IMG/VR virus record: IMGVR_UViG_3300042691_038490
Location: 30,860 to 94,859 of that record
Source of the DNA: a virus
Strand: one strand, 5' to 3'
DNA length: 64,000 nt
Under the pieces are notes generated by a model, which saw nothing but the letters and a program-made list of their open reading frames with translations, was not told where the DNA came from and ran no database searches. This document shows positions 8,994 to 18,380 of the stretch, in pieces (position 1 is the stretch's first letter; the number at the start of each line of letters is the position of its first letter). Made by a program: the position numbers and the translations under genes.

Positions 8994-9773
8994 CTATTTT
9001 ATAATAAAATTGTTTAAATATTCTATATTTTTTAAAGCCATGGGACTATTCTTGGCGTCGCGGATTAAATGTATGTACCCAGTTTTTGAATGTATTTTTA
9101 CATTATAGTCTGTTCTAGAAAAAAGTGTTTTTATTTTTTTATTTAAAATATTACAACTAATAGCAAAATAATATTGTTCACCTATACATGCTTTTAAATC
9201 TGATTTCATATAATAATTTGTTGCCCAAAAATTAGCATTATCTTTATCTAAAATTGTTTTTAATGCTAAGCTTGAATATTTCTCAAAAAAATCTAAATCT
9301 TTTCCTCCTATTATTCCACAATTTGGCGCCCAATTAGATTTAAACTTATCTTCATAAAATTTATTAATACAATATTTTTCGAAAAAATGTAATTGATATC
9401 TTGCATCGCAACCTCTTTCTATAGATTGACAAAATATATCTGAATTAACTAAATCAAATGGTAATTTATTTACTAAAAAAACATCATAATCTAAATGTAA
9501 AAATGGATCTCCATAACTAGCAATCGTTTGATACGCTTTTATTTTACCTAGACTCCAAACATTTTTATATTCTTTCGGTAAAGATTCAAGTTCTGTACTT
9601 ATATTATTCCATTTAAAAATATTTTTTAAGATTTGTTCGCCTTTATAATCTGTTATTAAATTAATTTCATTGTAATGCTGTTTTGCGTAATAAAGGGCTA
9701 CCTTCAATATATTAATAAATTGATATTGTTTAAATGTCTCTTCTTGTGTCCAGAAGGACATATAAACCTTCAT
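8994..9773 (-). CDS. GT-A-fold nucleotide-sugar transferase-like protein (DUF6734-like)
   Basis: WSLGKI, FLHLDYDVF (DxD), NCGIIGG, EQY, YIHL. Confidence 0.65.
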   Translation of the reverse strand: MKVYMSFWTQEETFKQYQFINILKVALYYAKQHYNEINLITDYKGEQILKNIFKWNNISTELESLPKEYKNVWSLGKIKAYQTIASYGDPFLHLDYDVFLVNKLPFDLVNSDIFCQSIERGCDARYQLHFFEKYCINKFYEDKFKSNWAPNCGIIGGKDLDFFEKYSSLALKTILDKDNANFWATNYYMKSDLKACIGEQYYFAISCNILNKKIKTLFSRTDYNVKIHSKTGYIHLIRDAKNSPMALKNIEYLNNFIIK

Positions 9774-9788
9774 AAATTTTTATAAATA

Positions 9789-10082
9789 TTAAACTAGAGC
9801 GTAACCTTTTTTAAATTTTAGATCTAATTCAAATGCATTTACGGCCAAGCCACGATCAAATCTCTTAATAAAGTCTGCGCCTTTTTTTGGCATTTCAGCT
9901 ATAAACATTTTTTTATCAATTTCTAAAATTACTTGAGATGGTAATACAGAAACATTAGTAATTTTTTTCTTCATCTTACTTTTGATTGCTCTAGCGATTG
10001 CACAATTTTGTGGATTAGCTTTTTCGCCTTCGAGAATATTTCTATCTGTTATCTTTAGGTTTTGTTTCATTCTTTTCTCCAT
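9789..10082 (-). CDS. Hypothetical protein
   Basis: ORF track; NCAIARAI motif. Confidence 0.6.
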   Translation of the reverse strand: MEKRMKQNLKITDRNILEGEKANPQNCAIARAIKSKMKKKITNVSVLPSQVILEIDKKMFIAEMPKKGADFIKRFDRGLAVNAFELDLKFKKGYALV

Positions 10083-10443
10083 TTTTGTTTTTATAAACTA
10101 CTTCAAATGCTTTTGCTTTTGAATTTAATAGTTTAAAAGCTGCTTCAGATTCTTTTCTTATATCTTCATCGCTTATTATCCAGAATTTGCACCAACCTTC
10201 TGGATCTATTGGTCCTTGAATTAATTCACATCTTGGCGAACTACCTTCAAGATAATAAAATACGCAATATTCACATTCTAAATTTTGTTCTTTAAATGGA
10301 TTTTGAGCTGCGCTTATATACTGAATTCCATTTGGTCCAAGTCCACGGTCAAAATATCCATATGTTTGTAAATTAGTTACTATTTTAAGATAAAGATCTT
10401 TTTGGCGTTCTATTAATTTAGGAAATATAAGACCTTCGTTCAT
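10042..10443 (-). CDS. Protein with HiPIP-like four-Cys motif
   Basis: CEYCVFY..RCELIQGPIDPEGWCKFW. Confidence 0.6.
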   Translation of the reverse strand: MNEGLIFPKLIERQKDLYLKIVTNLQTYGYFDRGLGPNGIQYISAAQNPFKEQNLECEYCVFYYLEGSSPRCELIQGPIDPEGWCKFWIISDEDIRKESEAAFKLLNSKAKAFEVVYKNKNGEKNETKPKDNR

Positions 10444-11078
10444 TTTATCTCATTTACACCATATTCGTAATTATCAGAATCTTCTGTGACCCACTTAGGA
10501 CAATTTTCCACGCTATAGATATGACTATTAACTTTGCGTTCAATAAGATTTTGGCCTTGTTTAGTAACAAAGTTTGGATCATATAATCTTAATCTATTAT
10601 TTGGTTGGATGGCAAAATTTCCATTGTCCAGTTGTAATACGTGACCACATTTATGCTGACCAGGATTCTCACTAAATCCAAAATTAAGTTCATTATAATC
10701 ACTATGCGCCCAATCAAGTGTGAATAAGTATGTTCCAAAATGTTCTTTACCAGTTCTAGATAAAAATTTTAATTTTTTATTTTGAAATATAGAGAATTTA
10801 GTTACTGCTATATGATAACTAAAACTGTCCCATAATTCTAATTCGTGAATATCTTGTTCTGGAGTTCCTTCTTTTGAGCAAAATGCGCTAATTGGTGCAT
10901 GCCACCAAATCCCACCATCTTCCATAATAAAGTTAAAAAGTGGCGCTTGAGATGGTAATGATGTTATTCCAAATACTAAAACTTGAAAATATTTATCATG
11001 AGAATCTTGCTGATTGCGTAAATAATTTCCTCTTACATAACATTCAATAGGTGGTATATTTGCGTTAAGAAAAGCCAT
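10440..11078 (-). CDS. Conserved phage hypothetical protein
   Basis: MAFLNANIPP...HKCGHVLQLDNGNFAIQPNNR; GTGTAA upstream. Confidence 0.7.
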   Translation of the reverse strand: MAFLNANIPPIECYVRGNYLRNQQDSHDKYFQVLVFGITSLPSQAPLFNFIMEDGGIWWHAPISAFCSKEGTPEQDIHELELWDSFSYHIAVTKFSIFQNKKLKFLSRTGKEHFGTYLFTLDWAHSDYNELNFGFSENPGQHKCGHVLQLDNGNFAIQPNNRLRLYDPNFVTKQGQNLIERKVNSHIYSVENCPKWVTEDSDNYEYGVNEIK

Positions 11079-11092
11079 TTTTCAGAATTACA

Positions 11093-11533
11093 CTAAATAT
11101 AAACACTAAATATACTATCAAATTCAGCTTGAGACAAATACAAGGCTTGACCGTTTTGTGGCTCTATAAATGTAATTTTAATTTCATTATTATCTTCTGT
11201 ATATGCTATATTAATCGCATGACCATTACCATTTGAACGTTTGTAATGTATAACTCCAATTGCAATACTTTCAGCATCACTATCTATATTTTGTTGATAA
11301 TAACCAGAAGAGAATACTTTAAATGCATCTGCAAAATTATCACAATCCCATTTGTGAGACCAATTTAATAGTCTTATAGATCGCAGCCATGTTCTATATT
11401 TTGGATATATTTCATTTTCAATAATATCTTTTTTTGGACAATAATAGCTTCTATCCGCTATTGTAAAATTTTTAGGTATTTTTTGGTTATTATTAAAAAA
11501 TGGCCTAAGTAATTCTTTACCATCAACAATCAT
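11093..11533 (-). CDS. Cysteine-protease-like protein (MOA C-terminal/transglutaminase-like)
   Basis: WDCDNFA...GHAIN...FIEPQ gives a Cys-His-Glu triad. Confidence 0.7.
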   Translation of the reverse strand: MIVDGKELLRPFFNNNQKIPKNFTIADRSYYCPKKDIIENEIYPKYRTWLRSIRLLNWSHKWDCDNFADAFKVFSSGYYQQNIDSDAESIAIGVIHYKRSNGNGHAINIAYTEDNNEIKITFIEPQNGQALYLSQAEFDSIFSVYI

Positions 11534-11568
11534 AAATTATTTTACACTTTATCTGTGTAATATTTTAT

Positions 11569-11778
11569 ATGCCAGCAGGAAAACAACATACATTTATTGG
11601 TAGAACAGTAGAAGGTTTAAATATATTTACAACTTATAAAGGTATATATAATAATTCAACAACTTATAATGTTGGAAATATTGTTAGATATGAGAACAGT
11701 TTTTACATCAGAATAAATAGCTCGGGCGCAGGAAATTTACCAACAGATGCTAATTATTGGTCAGTATATTCACAATAA
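11569..11778 (+). CDS. Small protein with CBM5/12-like carbohydrate-binding motif
   Basis: YNNSTTYNVGNIVRYENSFY...PT...W; GTGTAA 8 nt upstream. Confidence 0.55.
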   Translation: MPAGKQHTFIGRTVEGLNIFTTYKGIYNNSTTYNVGNIVRYENSFYIRINSSGAGNLPTDANYWSVYSQ

Positions 11779-12117
11779 GTAAATCAAAAAGACCTTTTAA
11801 TAAAAATAGCCCCCTGGAAATTTTGACCTTTAAGTATATTCCTTATTATTGATTTTTTATAGATTTCTAAAAAGGGGTAGGGATATACAGTATAAGCTAG
11901 ATAAGATAGATATTAAGCTGTTTATTGTATTATTTAAATAAGGGTTAACATAGAGATAAGTATAGATAAGATAAATAAGTAATATAAATAGTATAATATT
12001 TGATGGAGATTGAAGATAGTACCCCCTCGACGCTTTTGCGATCTCTGTTCGTCTAATTTTTTCAAAAATGGGGTGGTCATATGCAAAATAAAAGGGGATA
12101 GGGTAGCCCAAAAGTCA

Positions 12118-12142
12118 TAAGTCATTGACTATCAATGAAATT
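12118..12142. repeat. Single IHF-like palindromic box (half element) at region boundary
   Basis: TAAGTCATTGA-CTA-TCAATGAAATT. Confidence 0.75.
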
Positions 12143-12193
12143 TAAATGATAAAAATCTCTTGTGCAATCCCTAAAGTGTGATAGATTAAGAGT

Positions 12194-12367
12194 ATGAAAG
12201 TTAAAGCAAACATCAAGTTCGACCTAAACGAAACCATCAAACGACTTGAGGCTATCACGGCAGGATACAAAGCATCCGCCCAACGCCTCGACAACATCGT
12301 GGCAGAAGCCCAAGCTAAGAAGGATGAAGCCCATCAGAAGTATATGGGCGAACCCATCGTAAAATAA
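12194..12367 (+). CDS. Small hypothetical protein (paralog of 13921-14067)
   Basis: MKVKANIKFDLNETIKRLEAITAGY...; -10-like TAGATT just upstream. Confidence 0.75.
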   Translation: MKVKANIKFDLNETIKRLEAITAGYKASAQRLDNIVAEAQAKKDEAHQKYMGEPIVK

Positions 12368-12406
12368 TCATTGACGAAACAACAACCAGAAAGCATACTA
12401 GCTCAA

Positions 12407-12826
12407 ATGAAAAACCAAATCACCATCACTAAACAACCCTTCGGCAACACAACCGCTTTCCTCTTGGAAGGCAACAAAGGTCAGATCGAAAACTTCCATA
12501 ATGCGATGTATAACTACTCCGCAACTAATGGCGAGTTGCACGATATGGGCAACGGCAAAGCGTTCTACTTCTATGCACAGCCCGAGGCCGTGCTAGAAGC
12601 TATGACCAAGGTTGCTCTCTATGCCCTATGCAATAAGATCAAAGCAAAGGGCTTGAAGGGTGGACTACTCTCCCTTGCAAAGCAGAAAGCACAAAGCAAG
12701 TTCGATAGCATCAAAGAAGGACGCTTCCTTCGCACAGCAATCTCTACCGATGTGTTTAATGTGGGAACGATCAGTGCAGAGAAACCTAGCGACTACTGCG
12801 GTGCGATCAGTAGCGGGAGAGACTAA
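12407..12826 (+). CDS. Hypothetical early protein, family A copy 1
   Basis: ATG 7 nt after TTGACG-N17-CATACT; FHNAMYNYSATNGEL..GKAFYFYA. Confidence 0.8.
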   Translation: MKNQITITKQPFGNTTAFLLEGNKGQIENFHNAMYNYSATNGELHDMGNGKAFYFYAQPEAVLEAMTKVALYALCNKIKAKGLKGGLLSLAKQKAQSKFDSIKEGRFLRTAISTDVFNVGTISAEKPSDYCGAISSGRD

Positions 12827-13203
12827 TGACAGCAGAGATACTTGTTATAGCTTTAACACTCTTGGGTGAAGCTCGGGGCGAAGGCTTCGACGGAATGGCG
12901 GGTGTTGCATCAGTCATCCAGACGCGAGCCATTGAACGCAAGCAGACAGCTTCGCAGGTCTGTCTTGCACCAAAGCAGTTCAGCTTCTGGAATGGTGGAG
13001 TTACCGAAGCACAGAAGCAGAAGTTGCTCGCCAACCCTCAAGCACACAACGCTATTCGTCTTGCTAAACTTGTAGCAGAGAAGCGGATGCCTGATGTGGT
13101 GAATGGTGCGAACCACTACCACACCTTCCAAGTGTCGCCCAAGTGGTCAAAGGGTGAGCAAACAGTCGCAGTAATTAAAAATCACAAGTTCTACCGATTG
13201 TAG
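12826..13203 (+). CDS. Cell wall hydrolase, SleB/Hydrolase_2 family
   Basis: GEARGE..GMAGVASVI, QFSFWN, GANHYH, HKFY. Confidence 0.9.
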   Translation: MTAEILVIALTLLGEARGEGFDGMAGVASVIQTRAIERKQTASQVCLAPKQFSFWNGGVTEAQKQKLLANPQAHNAIRLAKLVAEKRMPDVVNGANHYHTFQVSPKWSKGEQTVAVIKNHKFYRL

Positions 13204-13383
13204 GACTTGACAATAAAGAAAGACATGATAAGATAAAACAATGAATAATACCAATGACAAGATCATCGAGTTGGCATCCAACTTGGTGAATATCATCAAA
13301 GACCTAAACAGCAAGCAATACAACCTCACCGCTGGAGTTTACCTCGCAGAGTTGAGCAACCTACTCGAAATGAGGAAGATCTA

Positions 13384-13764
13384 ATGATGGCACGCGCTAT
13401 CCTCATCGACCCATTCACCGAGACTGTCTCACAGGTAACTCTTGTGGACACGAAACTCGAAACTCTCCGCAATCTCATCGAGTGCGAGATCATCACGATG
13501 GCTGGCCTTGCTGATGGTGTGGACATGATCTTAGATGACGAAGGACTCTTGAAAGACTCAAAGTCTCAAGCCTACTTCAAGTTCGGGATCAGCTCTCAAC
13601 CTTTCGCTGGCAAAGCGTTGATCGTTGGCACAGACGAAGAAGGAAACACAGTTTCACTTCCTGAGAGTGTGACAACCGAAAAAGTTTTTGAGAGAGTGAT
13701 CTTTTTCAAACCCTCTGAAAAATATCTGGACGAATCAAAAGAAATTAGAGTTTTGCCCTTTTAA
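13384..13764 (+). CDS. DUF3846-like protein
   Basis: AILIDP..DDEGLL..FAGKALIVG.DEEG. Confidence 0.7.
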   Translation: MMARAILIDPFTETVSQVTLVDTKLETLRNLIECEIITMAGLADGVDMILDDEGLLKDSKSQAYFKFGISSQPFAGKALIVGTDEEGNTVSLPESVTTEKVFERVIFFKPSEKYLDESKEIRVLPF

Positions 13765-13777
13765 AAGTCTCCCTTCG

Positions 13778-13850
13778 TAAGTTGTTATCCATCAACGACT
13801 TACGCAAGGCGGGTCCCTTGCGTCGTAAGTCGTTATCAATCAACGAGAAA
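13778..13850. repeat. 73-bp paired-palindrome element, copy 1
   Basis: TAAGTTGTTAT-CCA-TCAACGACTTA + 23 bp + TAAGTCGTTAT-CAA-TCAACGAGAAA. Confidence 0.92.
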
Positions 13851-13920
13851 TAAATGAAGAAATTTCTTGCAAAAAATGAAAAATGTGATAGATTATAAGT
13901 AGAAAGAAAGAAGAAAAAAA

Positions 13921-14067
13921 ATGAAAACAAAAATCAAAATCAAATTCGACCTCAACGAAACAATTCGCCGCTTGGAAGAAATCTCCAAGGGCTATCAAGA
14001 ATCCGCAAAACGGATGGAAAAAATCATCGTCAAAATGGACGAAATCAAAACTCTTAAGAAAGGATAA
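13921..14067 (+). CDS. Small hypothetical protein (paralog of 12194-12367)
   Basis: MKTKIKIKFDLNETIRRLEEISKGY. Confidence 0.75.
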   Translation: MKTKIKIKFDLNETIRRLEEISKGYQESAKRMEKIIVKMDEIKTLKKG

Positions 14068-14074
14068 TAAAACA

Positions 14075-14275
14075 ATGATAACAATAAATCCAGAACTATA
14101 CGAAAACAAAAACATATTCCGATATGGTAACGAAAAGCTACTCGTGAAGGTGTTCCCTTCCACGATTGGATATAAAACAATGAGTGCAACCGCTGAAATC
14201 CTCGAAGGTGAGGACAAGGGTAAGTGGACAACCATTTATCTTCGCAAAGGTTTGTATCCCGTTGATGCTCAATAA
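14075..14275 (+). CDS. Hypothetical protein
   Basis: ORF track; co-oriented with neighbours. Confidence 0.6.
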   Translation: MITINPELYENKNIFRYGNEKLLVKVFPSTIGYKTMSATAEILEGEDKGKWTTIYLRKGLYPVDAQ

Positions 14276-14319
14276 GAAATAAAGTTTGACAAAATAGAAA
14301 AATCTGATAGGATAAAAAT

Positions 14320-14613
14320 ATGAAAGATAAGAACAAAGCAATCAAACCAGAAATCGGAACCTTCTACCTCTTGACCTACGACAAGACGAAGCATCCTTGG
14401 CTCCCTACCGAAGAAGTCCTCTTTGTGAAGGATAACGAAACCTTCATCAAAATCAGCATCAGCCAAGGTGCTGGTTTTAGCTCTCGTTGGGATTGGGCAA
14501 CCGAAAAAGCGGTGACCATTACCAAGCTCGCAAAAAATCAGCAGCTTGTGGACAAACTCAACCTCTCGGTAGAAATTGGCAGAGACATCGCCAAGGCCGA
14601 ACTTGGAAAATAA
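14320..14613 (+). CDS. Hypothetical protein
   Basis: TTGACA..TAGGAT promoter ends 6 nt before the ATG. Confidence 0.7.
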   Translation: MKDKNKAIKPEIGTFYLLTYDKTKHPWLPTEEVLFVKDNETFIKISISQGAGFSSRWDWATEKAVTITKLAKNQQLVDKLNLSVEIGRDIAKAELGK

Positions 14614-14749
14614 AATGAAAAAAATCCTTTTCAAAATAAATAAAAAAACTTACAGGCTCGCCGTGAAAAATGGTGAAGAAAAAAACTTTCTGCGAGAGAG
14701 ATTTTTCTACTATGTTTCTGCGAGTTGCTTGCATCTTCGAGACCTGCTC

Positions 14750-14822
14750 TAAGTAACTCAGCATCAACGAGTTACGCTCGCAGGGAGGCCGATCCCATAA
14801 ATGCTTAATAATCAATGCTTTA
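14750..14822. repeat. 73-bp element, copy 2
   Basis: TAAGTAACTCA-GCA-TCAACGAGTTA + 23 bp + TAAATGCTTAA-TAA-TCAATGCTTTA. Confidence 0.9.
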
Positions 14823-14909
14823 TAAATTCATGATCTTAGACTAAAACCTGATGAAATGCTTAAAATCAAAAACGATCTTTGAACAAAACCTAATGGAAGG
14901 CAAAAAATC

Positions 14910-14982
14910 TAAAGTCTTGAGTATCAAAGACTTACGCAACCAACTCCCCCGCGCGCGCAAACCCTTGACTATCAACAACTTG
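14910..14982. repeat. 73-bp element, copy 3
   Basis: TAAAGTCTTGA-GTA-TCAAAGACTTA + 23 bp + CAAACCCTTGA-CTA-TCAACAACTTG. Confidence 0.9.
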
Positions 14983-15022
14983 CAACGCTTGACAAAACAA
15001 AAATCTCTGATATCCTCTTTTT

Positions 15023-15385
15023 ATGCAAAACAAAATAAAAATATTTAGCGAACCCTTTGGCCCTAACCTCGCCTATTTGATAGAAGCTGATTTCCTATCT
15101 GCTGAAAGATTTTATAATGCAATTTACAATTTCGGTGGGACGAATTACAAATTGCAAGATCGTGGAAGTGGGAAAGCATTTTACTTTTATGCAGAGCCAG
15201 CGAAGTTTCGCAGAGCTTTAGCTCTCGCTCTCTCAAACAATCTTGAATCATCTTTTGGTGATGGCAACTGGGACTCTCACGGAGAAGCCCTAGCAGACCA
15301 AATCATTTCAGAAATAAAACCATCATCTTTTGTAAGGCGTTCAGTATCAACAGAATATTCTTGCAGAAAATCTTTGACAGAATAG
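15023..15385 (+). CDS. Hypothetical early protein, family A copy 2
   Basis: FYNAIYNFGGTNYKL..GKAFYFYA. Confidence 0.8.
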   Translation: MQNKIKIFSEPFGPNLAYLIEADFLSAERFYNAIYNFGGTNYKLQDRGSGKAFYFYAEPAKFRRALALALSNNLESSFGDGNWDSHGEALADQIISEIKPSSFVRRSVSTEYSCRKSLTE

Positions 15386-15576
15386 TAATCTGTGATACAT
15401 TAGTCGTATGAACAACAACGACATCTCATACCTCGCCTCGATTAACTGCACCGAAGCCTTTGCTGATGCGGAGGCTTTCTTCGACTACATCAATTCCCCT
15501 GATGTAATCAACGAAATGCTGGATAAGATGGCTCCCAGCTTCGATGAAGCTGATACCATCGTGGAGGTCAAATAAT

Positions 15577-15846
15577 ATGGACTACAAAGCCTCTCTCAAG
15601 GAGTGGATGAGCCAGCATATGCTGGGCGCTCAGGATGTGCGTGACATCCTCAATGAGATGCGTGAGGATGATCGCCTCGCTCTCTCTAAATCGTCAGATC
15701 TTTCTGATGTGGACGATTCGATGGATGGCGACTTTGATTCTGCTATGGCATCGGCTGGCCATGGCACAGACGAAGACTATGGTGGCGGGTGCTATCAGAT
15801 GGAAGACTTCGGCTGGGCTGGTGACGAAAACTTCTGTGGAGAATAA
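15577..15846 (+). CDS. Highly acidic hypothetical protein
   Basis: MDYKASL...DDSMDGDFDSAMASAGHGTDEDYG; internal ATG chosen after the upstream small ORF's stop. Confidence 0.6.
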   Translation: MDYKASLKEWMSQHMLGAQDVRDILNEMREDDRLALSKSSDLSDVDDSMDGDFDSAMASAGHGTDEDYGGGCYQMEDFGWAGDENFCGE

Positions 15847-15958
15847 TTATGATTGAAAAATATATACTCGCAATCGCTGGGCCTGGAATTTTTTTCCTTG
15901 CTCTCGCAACATTAGAAACTCTTATCAACTTTGCTGTCTGGTTTTGGGAGCAAAAACA

Positions 15959-16031
15959 TAAGTAGTTAACTATCAACGAGTTACGTCGGCGGGGCCTCGC
16001 CTTACGTAACTACTTGATAATCAAAGACTTC
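15959..16031. repeat. 73-bp element, copy 4
   Basis: TAAGTAGTTAA-CTA-TCAACGAGTTA + 23 bp + TAACTACTTGA-TAA-TCAAAGACTTC. Confidence 0.9.
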
Positions 16032-16249
16032 TAAAGCTTACATACTAGCTCGCCAACCTTCAAAATCTTCTTCCATCTCTCTTTGCCATTGAACAAAATT
16101 TTTGTTTGCATCTAGTGGAGGATTTTCAGTATCAGTCCACGGATAAAAAGTTTCTAAGTTTTCGTCTAGTAGTTTTTCAATGTTCATAAAAATAAAATTC
16201 CTAAAATAATTCCAAGTAAAATTAAGATAATTGTTTCCATTGGGACATC

Positions 16250-16885
16250 TTAATGCTTTTTGTAGTTAATTGCAAACTGATTTTTGTCCCAGCACGCACG
16301 ACAATCAGCACACTTGTTGCCTTGTTTAGAGCTAGGGCAATTAAAGTTTCCAACCTTGCTTGCACCGCTAACGCACAAACCAAGGCGTTGAGCGATACCA
16401 ACAGGAGCAGGGCCATCCATCATAAGAGCAGAGAGACGAATAGTTAAATTGGAAGGCACTTCTCCGCCTTTCTCAATATACTCTGAAACGAAAGCATACT
16501 CCCGAGTTGGCAACCAAAAGGAAATATGCGGAAGGTTTTTAGCAACCTGCACAATCTTTTGAAGATGCCATACGCCTTGGATGTCTCCCGAATCATGCCA
16601 TCTGAAATGGGGGTTTTTAACTTTGCCGATCAAATAGGACATAGCCTCAACCCAAAGATCATTGGTAAGAGAAGCAAAACGCTTTTCCATCGCCTCTTGA
16701 ACATTCTTAAAAACATAACGCCCTTTGAGAGCATAGCAGAACGCACAAATACTTCCTGCAACCTTACGCATTTTTTGCCCGATAAGACAACGCTTTGCTG
16801 GCGTTGAGTAGGCATAACCTGGCATCTTCGAAGGTTTAGATAGTGTGCCGACAATAGCTTCGGCTTGCTTTTTGTTTTTGAACAT
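16250..16885 (-). CDS. GP88-family protein (radical-SAM-like Cys motifs)
   Basis: LSKPSKMPG, C..G..ICAFCYA, FRWHDSGD, WLPTRE, CP..CADCRACW. Confidence 0.8.
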   Translation of the reverse strand: MFKNKKQAEAIVGTLSKPSKMPGYAYSTPAKRCLIGQKMRKVAGSICAFCYALKGRYVFKNVQEAMEKRFASLTNDLWVEAMSYLIGKVKNPHFRWHDSGDIQGVWHLQKIVQVAKNLPHISFWLPTREYAFVSEYIEKGGEVPSNLTIRLSALMMDGPAPVGIAQRLGLCVSGASKVGNFNCPSSKQGNKCADCRACWDKNQFAINYKKH

Positions 16886-16935
16886 AAAATAAATCTAACA
16901 TAATTTTTTCTTGTGACAAGTTTTTTTTACAGTTA

Positions 16936-17008
16936 AATCTCGTTGAATATCAATGACTTACAACCGCAGGGAGGTCGCCTCTGTAAGTCGTTAATGCTTA
17001 AGCAGTTG
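16936..17008. repeat. 73-bp element, copy 5 (overlaps ardC stop codon)
   Basis: AATCTCGTTGA-ATA-TCAATGACTTA + 23 bp + TAAGTCGTTAA-TGC-TTAAGCAGTTG. Confidence 0.88.
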
Positions 17009-17834
17009 CAGTTTCTGCTTCTGGAATCTCTTCGCTTTCTTTTTTACCAATGAAAGCGTCAAATCTTTTTTGAGCTTTACTAGAAGCTGAAATAATAAAA
17101 TTCATATCCTTTTTTAATACTTGGAGCCAACTAGAAAGATAACTCGCAGAATTGTTAAAACATTTTTCAGAATCAATTCCGCAGAAGTTAAGACAGAGAC
17201 TAGCAAAAATCTCTGCGGTCAATTCTTCTTTGCTATAATTCTGTGAACCAAATCCGTTCTTCACTTCATCATTAGTCGCCTTGTGCATAGCGTGACCAAT
17301 CTCGTGAAACGCAGTGGAGTAATACTCCTCAACGCTGTTGAAGTTTTCTTTTGGAGGAAGGTCGATCTTATGTTCCTGCGGATAATAACAGGCACGACTT
17401 CCGCCGTGCTTAATCTTAATAATGCACTTGTTAATCAACTTCTCTGCTTCTTCTACTGGAGAAAAATCGAGTTTCTTAACTTCGGGTTGTTTCCACTTGA
17501 TGTTCTCGACATCACTTAACCCAAAAACTTTGTAATATCTCATCATAGGAAACCCAGTGCTTTCGTCATCTTTGTTTTTTAGGAGCTTGTAATAAACTAC
17601 CAGATGAGCTTTGGCACCTTTCTTGATGTTTCCGCCAAGTTCTTTGATCTGGTTAAAGGTAAAGAAAAAGTCATCAGAGGAAACCATACGAAGCAAAAAT
17701 TGGTTTATGCCCCTATAATTCTTTTTTGAAATGCCGTTGCAAAGATCAAAAACTTTCCAAGGCTTCTGCCAAGGGCAAGTTCCATTGTTGAGGGCTTCGA
17801 TGAATTTTTCAGTGATAATTTCGTTTACTTTCAT
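16998..17834 (-). CDS. ardC: ArdC-family antirestriction protein (ssDNA-binding plus zincin domain)
   Basis: PWQKPW, YRGIN, TFNQ, FHEIGH, YSKEELTAE, SASYLSSW. Confidence 0.9.
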   Translation of the reverse strand: MKVNEIITEKFIEALNNGTCPWQKPWKVFDLCNGISKKNYRGINQFLLRMVSSDDFFFTFNQIKELGGNIKKGAKAHLVVYYKLLKNKDDESTGFPMMRYYKVFGLSDVENIKWKQPEVKKLDFSPVEEAEKLINKCIIKIKHGGSRACYYPQEHKIDLPPKENFNSVEEYYSTAFHEIGHAMHKATNDEVKNGFGSQNYSKEELTAEIFASLCLNFCGIDSEKCFNNSASYLSSWLQVLKKDMNFIISASSKAQKRFDAFIGKKESEEIPEAETATA

Positions 17835-17874
17835 AGCTTAAATATATCACTTTTTTTCTTTTTGTCTACAAATA

Positions 17875-17947
17875 AATCTCATTCACCATCAACAACTTAC
17901 AACTGCAGGGAGGTTGCCTTTGTAACTCTCTAATAATCAATAGAATA
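17875..17947. repeat. 73-bp element, copy 6
   Basis: AATCTCATTCA-CCA-TCAACAACTTA + 23 bp + TAACTCTCTAA-TAA-TCAATAGAATA. Confidence 0.85.
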
Positions 17948-18145
17948 AAAATGTTGACATAAAACAAAAATATGATAATCTATAAAAAGAAAAGAGGTAA
18001 TAAAATGATGCACGATATATTTGATGACGAAATAACCTTGAAAATCTGGGCTAAAAAAATGCTCGATGATCAAGCTATGGAAAGAGCATTAGAGACTCAA
18101 GCAGAACTCGATGCTGACCATATGCGTGATATGGGCGAGAGTTAA

Positions 18146-18218
18146 TAACTCGCTCATTATCAATAACTTATAACCGCAGGGAGGTCGCTTGCGTAAACCT
18201 TTGATAATCAAGTGCTTA
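18146..18218. repeat. 73-bp element, copy 7 (abuts tRNA-Glu 3' end)
   Basis: TAACTCGCTCA-TTA-TCAATAACTTA + 23 bp + TAAACCTTTGA-TAA-TCAAGTGCTTA. Confidence 0.9.
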
Positions 18219-18288
18219 GGGCTAAACGGATTCGAACCGATACACCCTCATTGAAAGCGAGGAGTCCTAACCATTAGACGATAGCCCC
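18217..18288 (-). tRNA. trnE: tRNA-Glu(TTC)
   Basis: Cloverleaf GGGGCTA...TAGCCCT; anticodon loop CTTTCAA; GTTCGAATC. Confidence 0.9.
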
Positions 18289-18380
18289 AAAATATAGTAT
18301 TTAACTTATTATATTAGGTATTTTTGTATTTATCAATTAGTATTTGCTATTTAGTGTAATCTCTTTTAGAATTGTATTAG

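Noticed and set aside
11857-12125. ORFs 11857-12111 and 11934-12125
   Set aside because: Low-complexity translations of an AT-rich junction with no supporting motif
14558-15048. ORFs 14558-14815 and 14851-15048
   Set aside because: They translate through repeat elements and a promoter, so they are likely spurious
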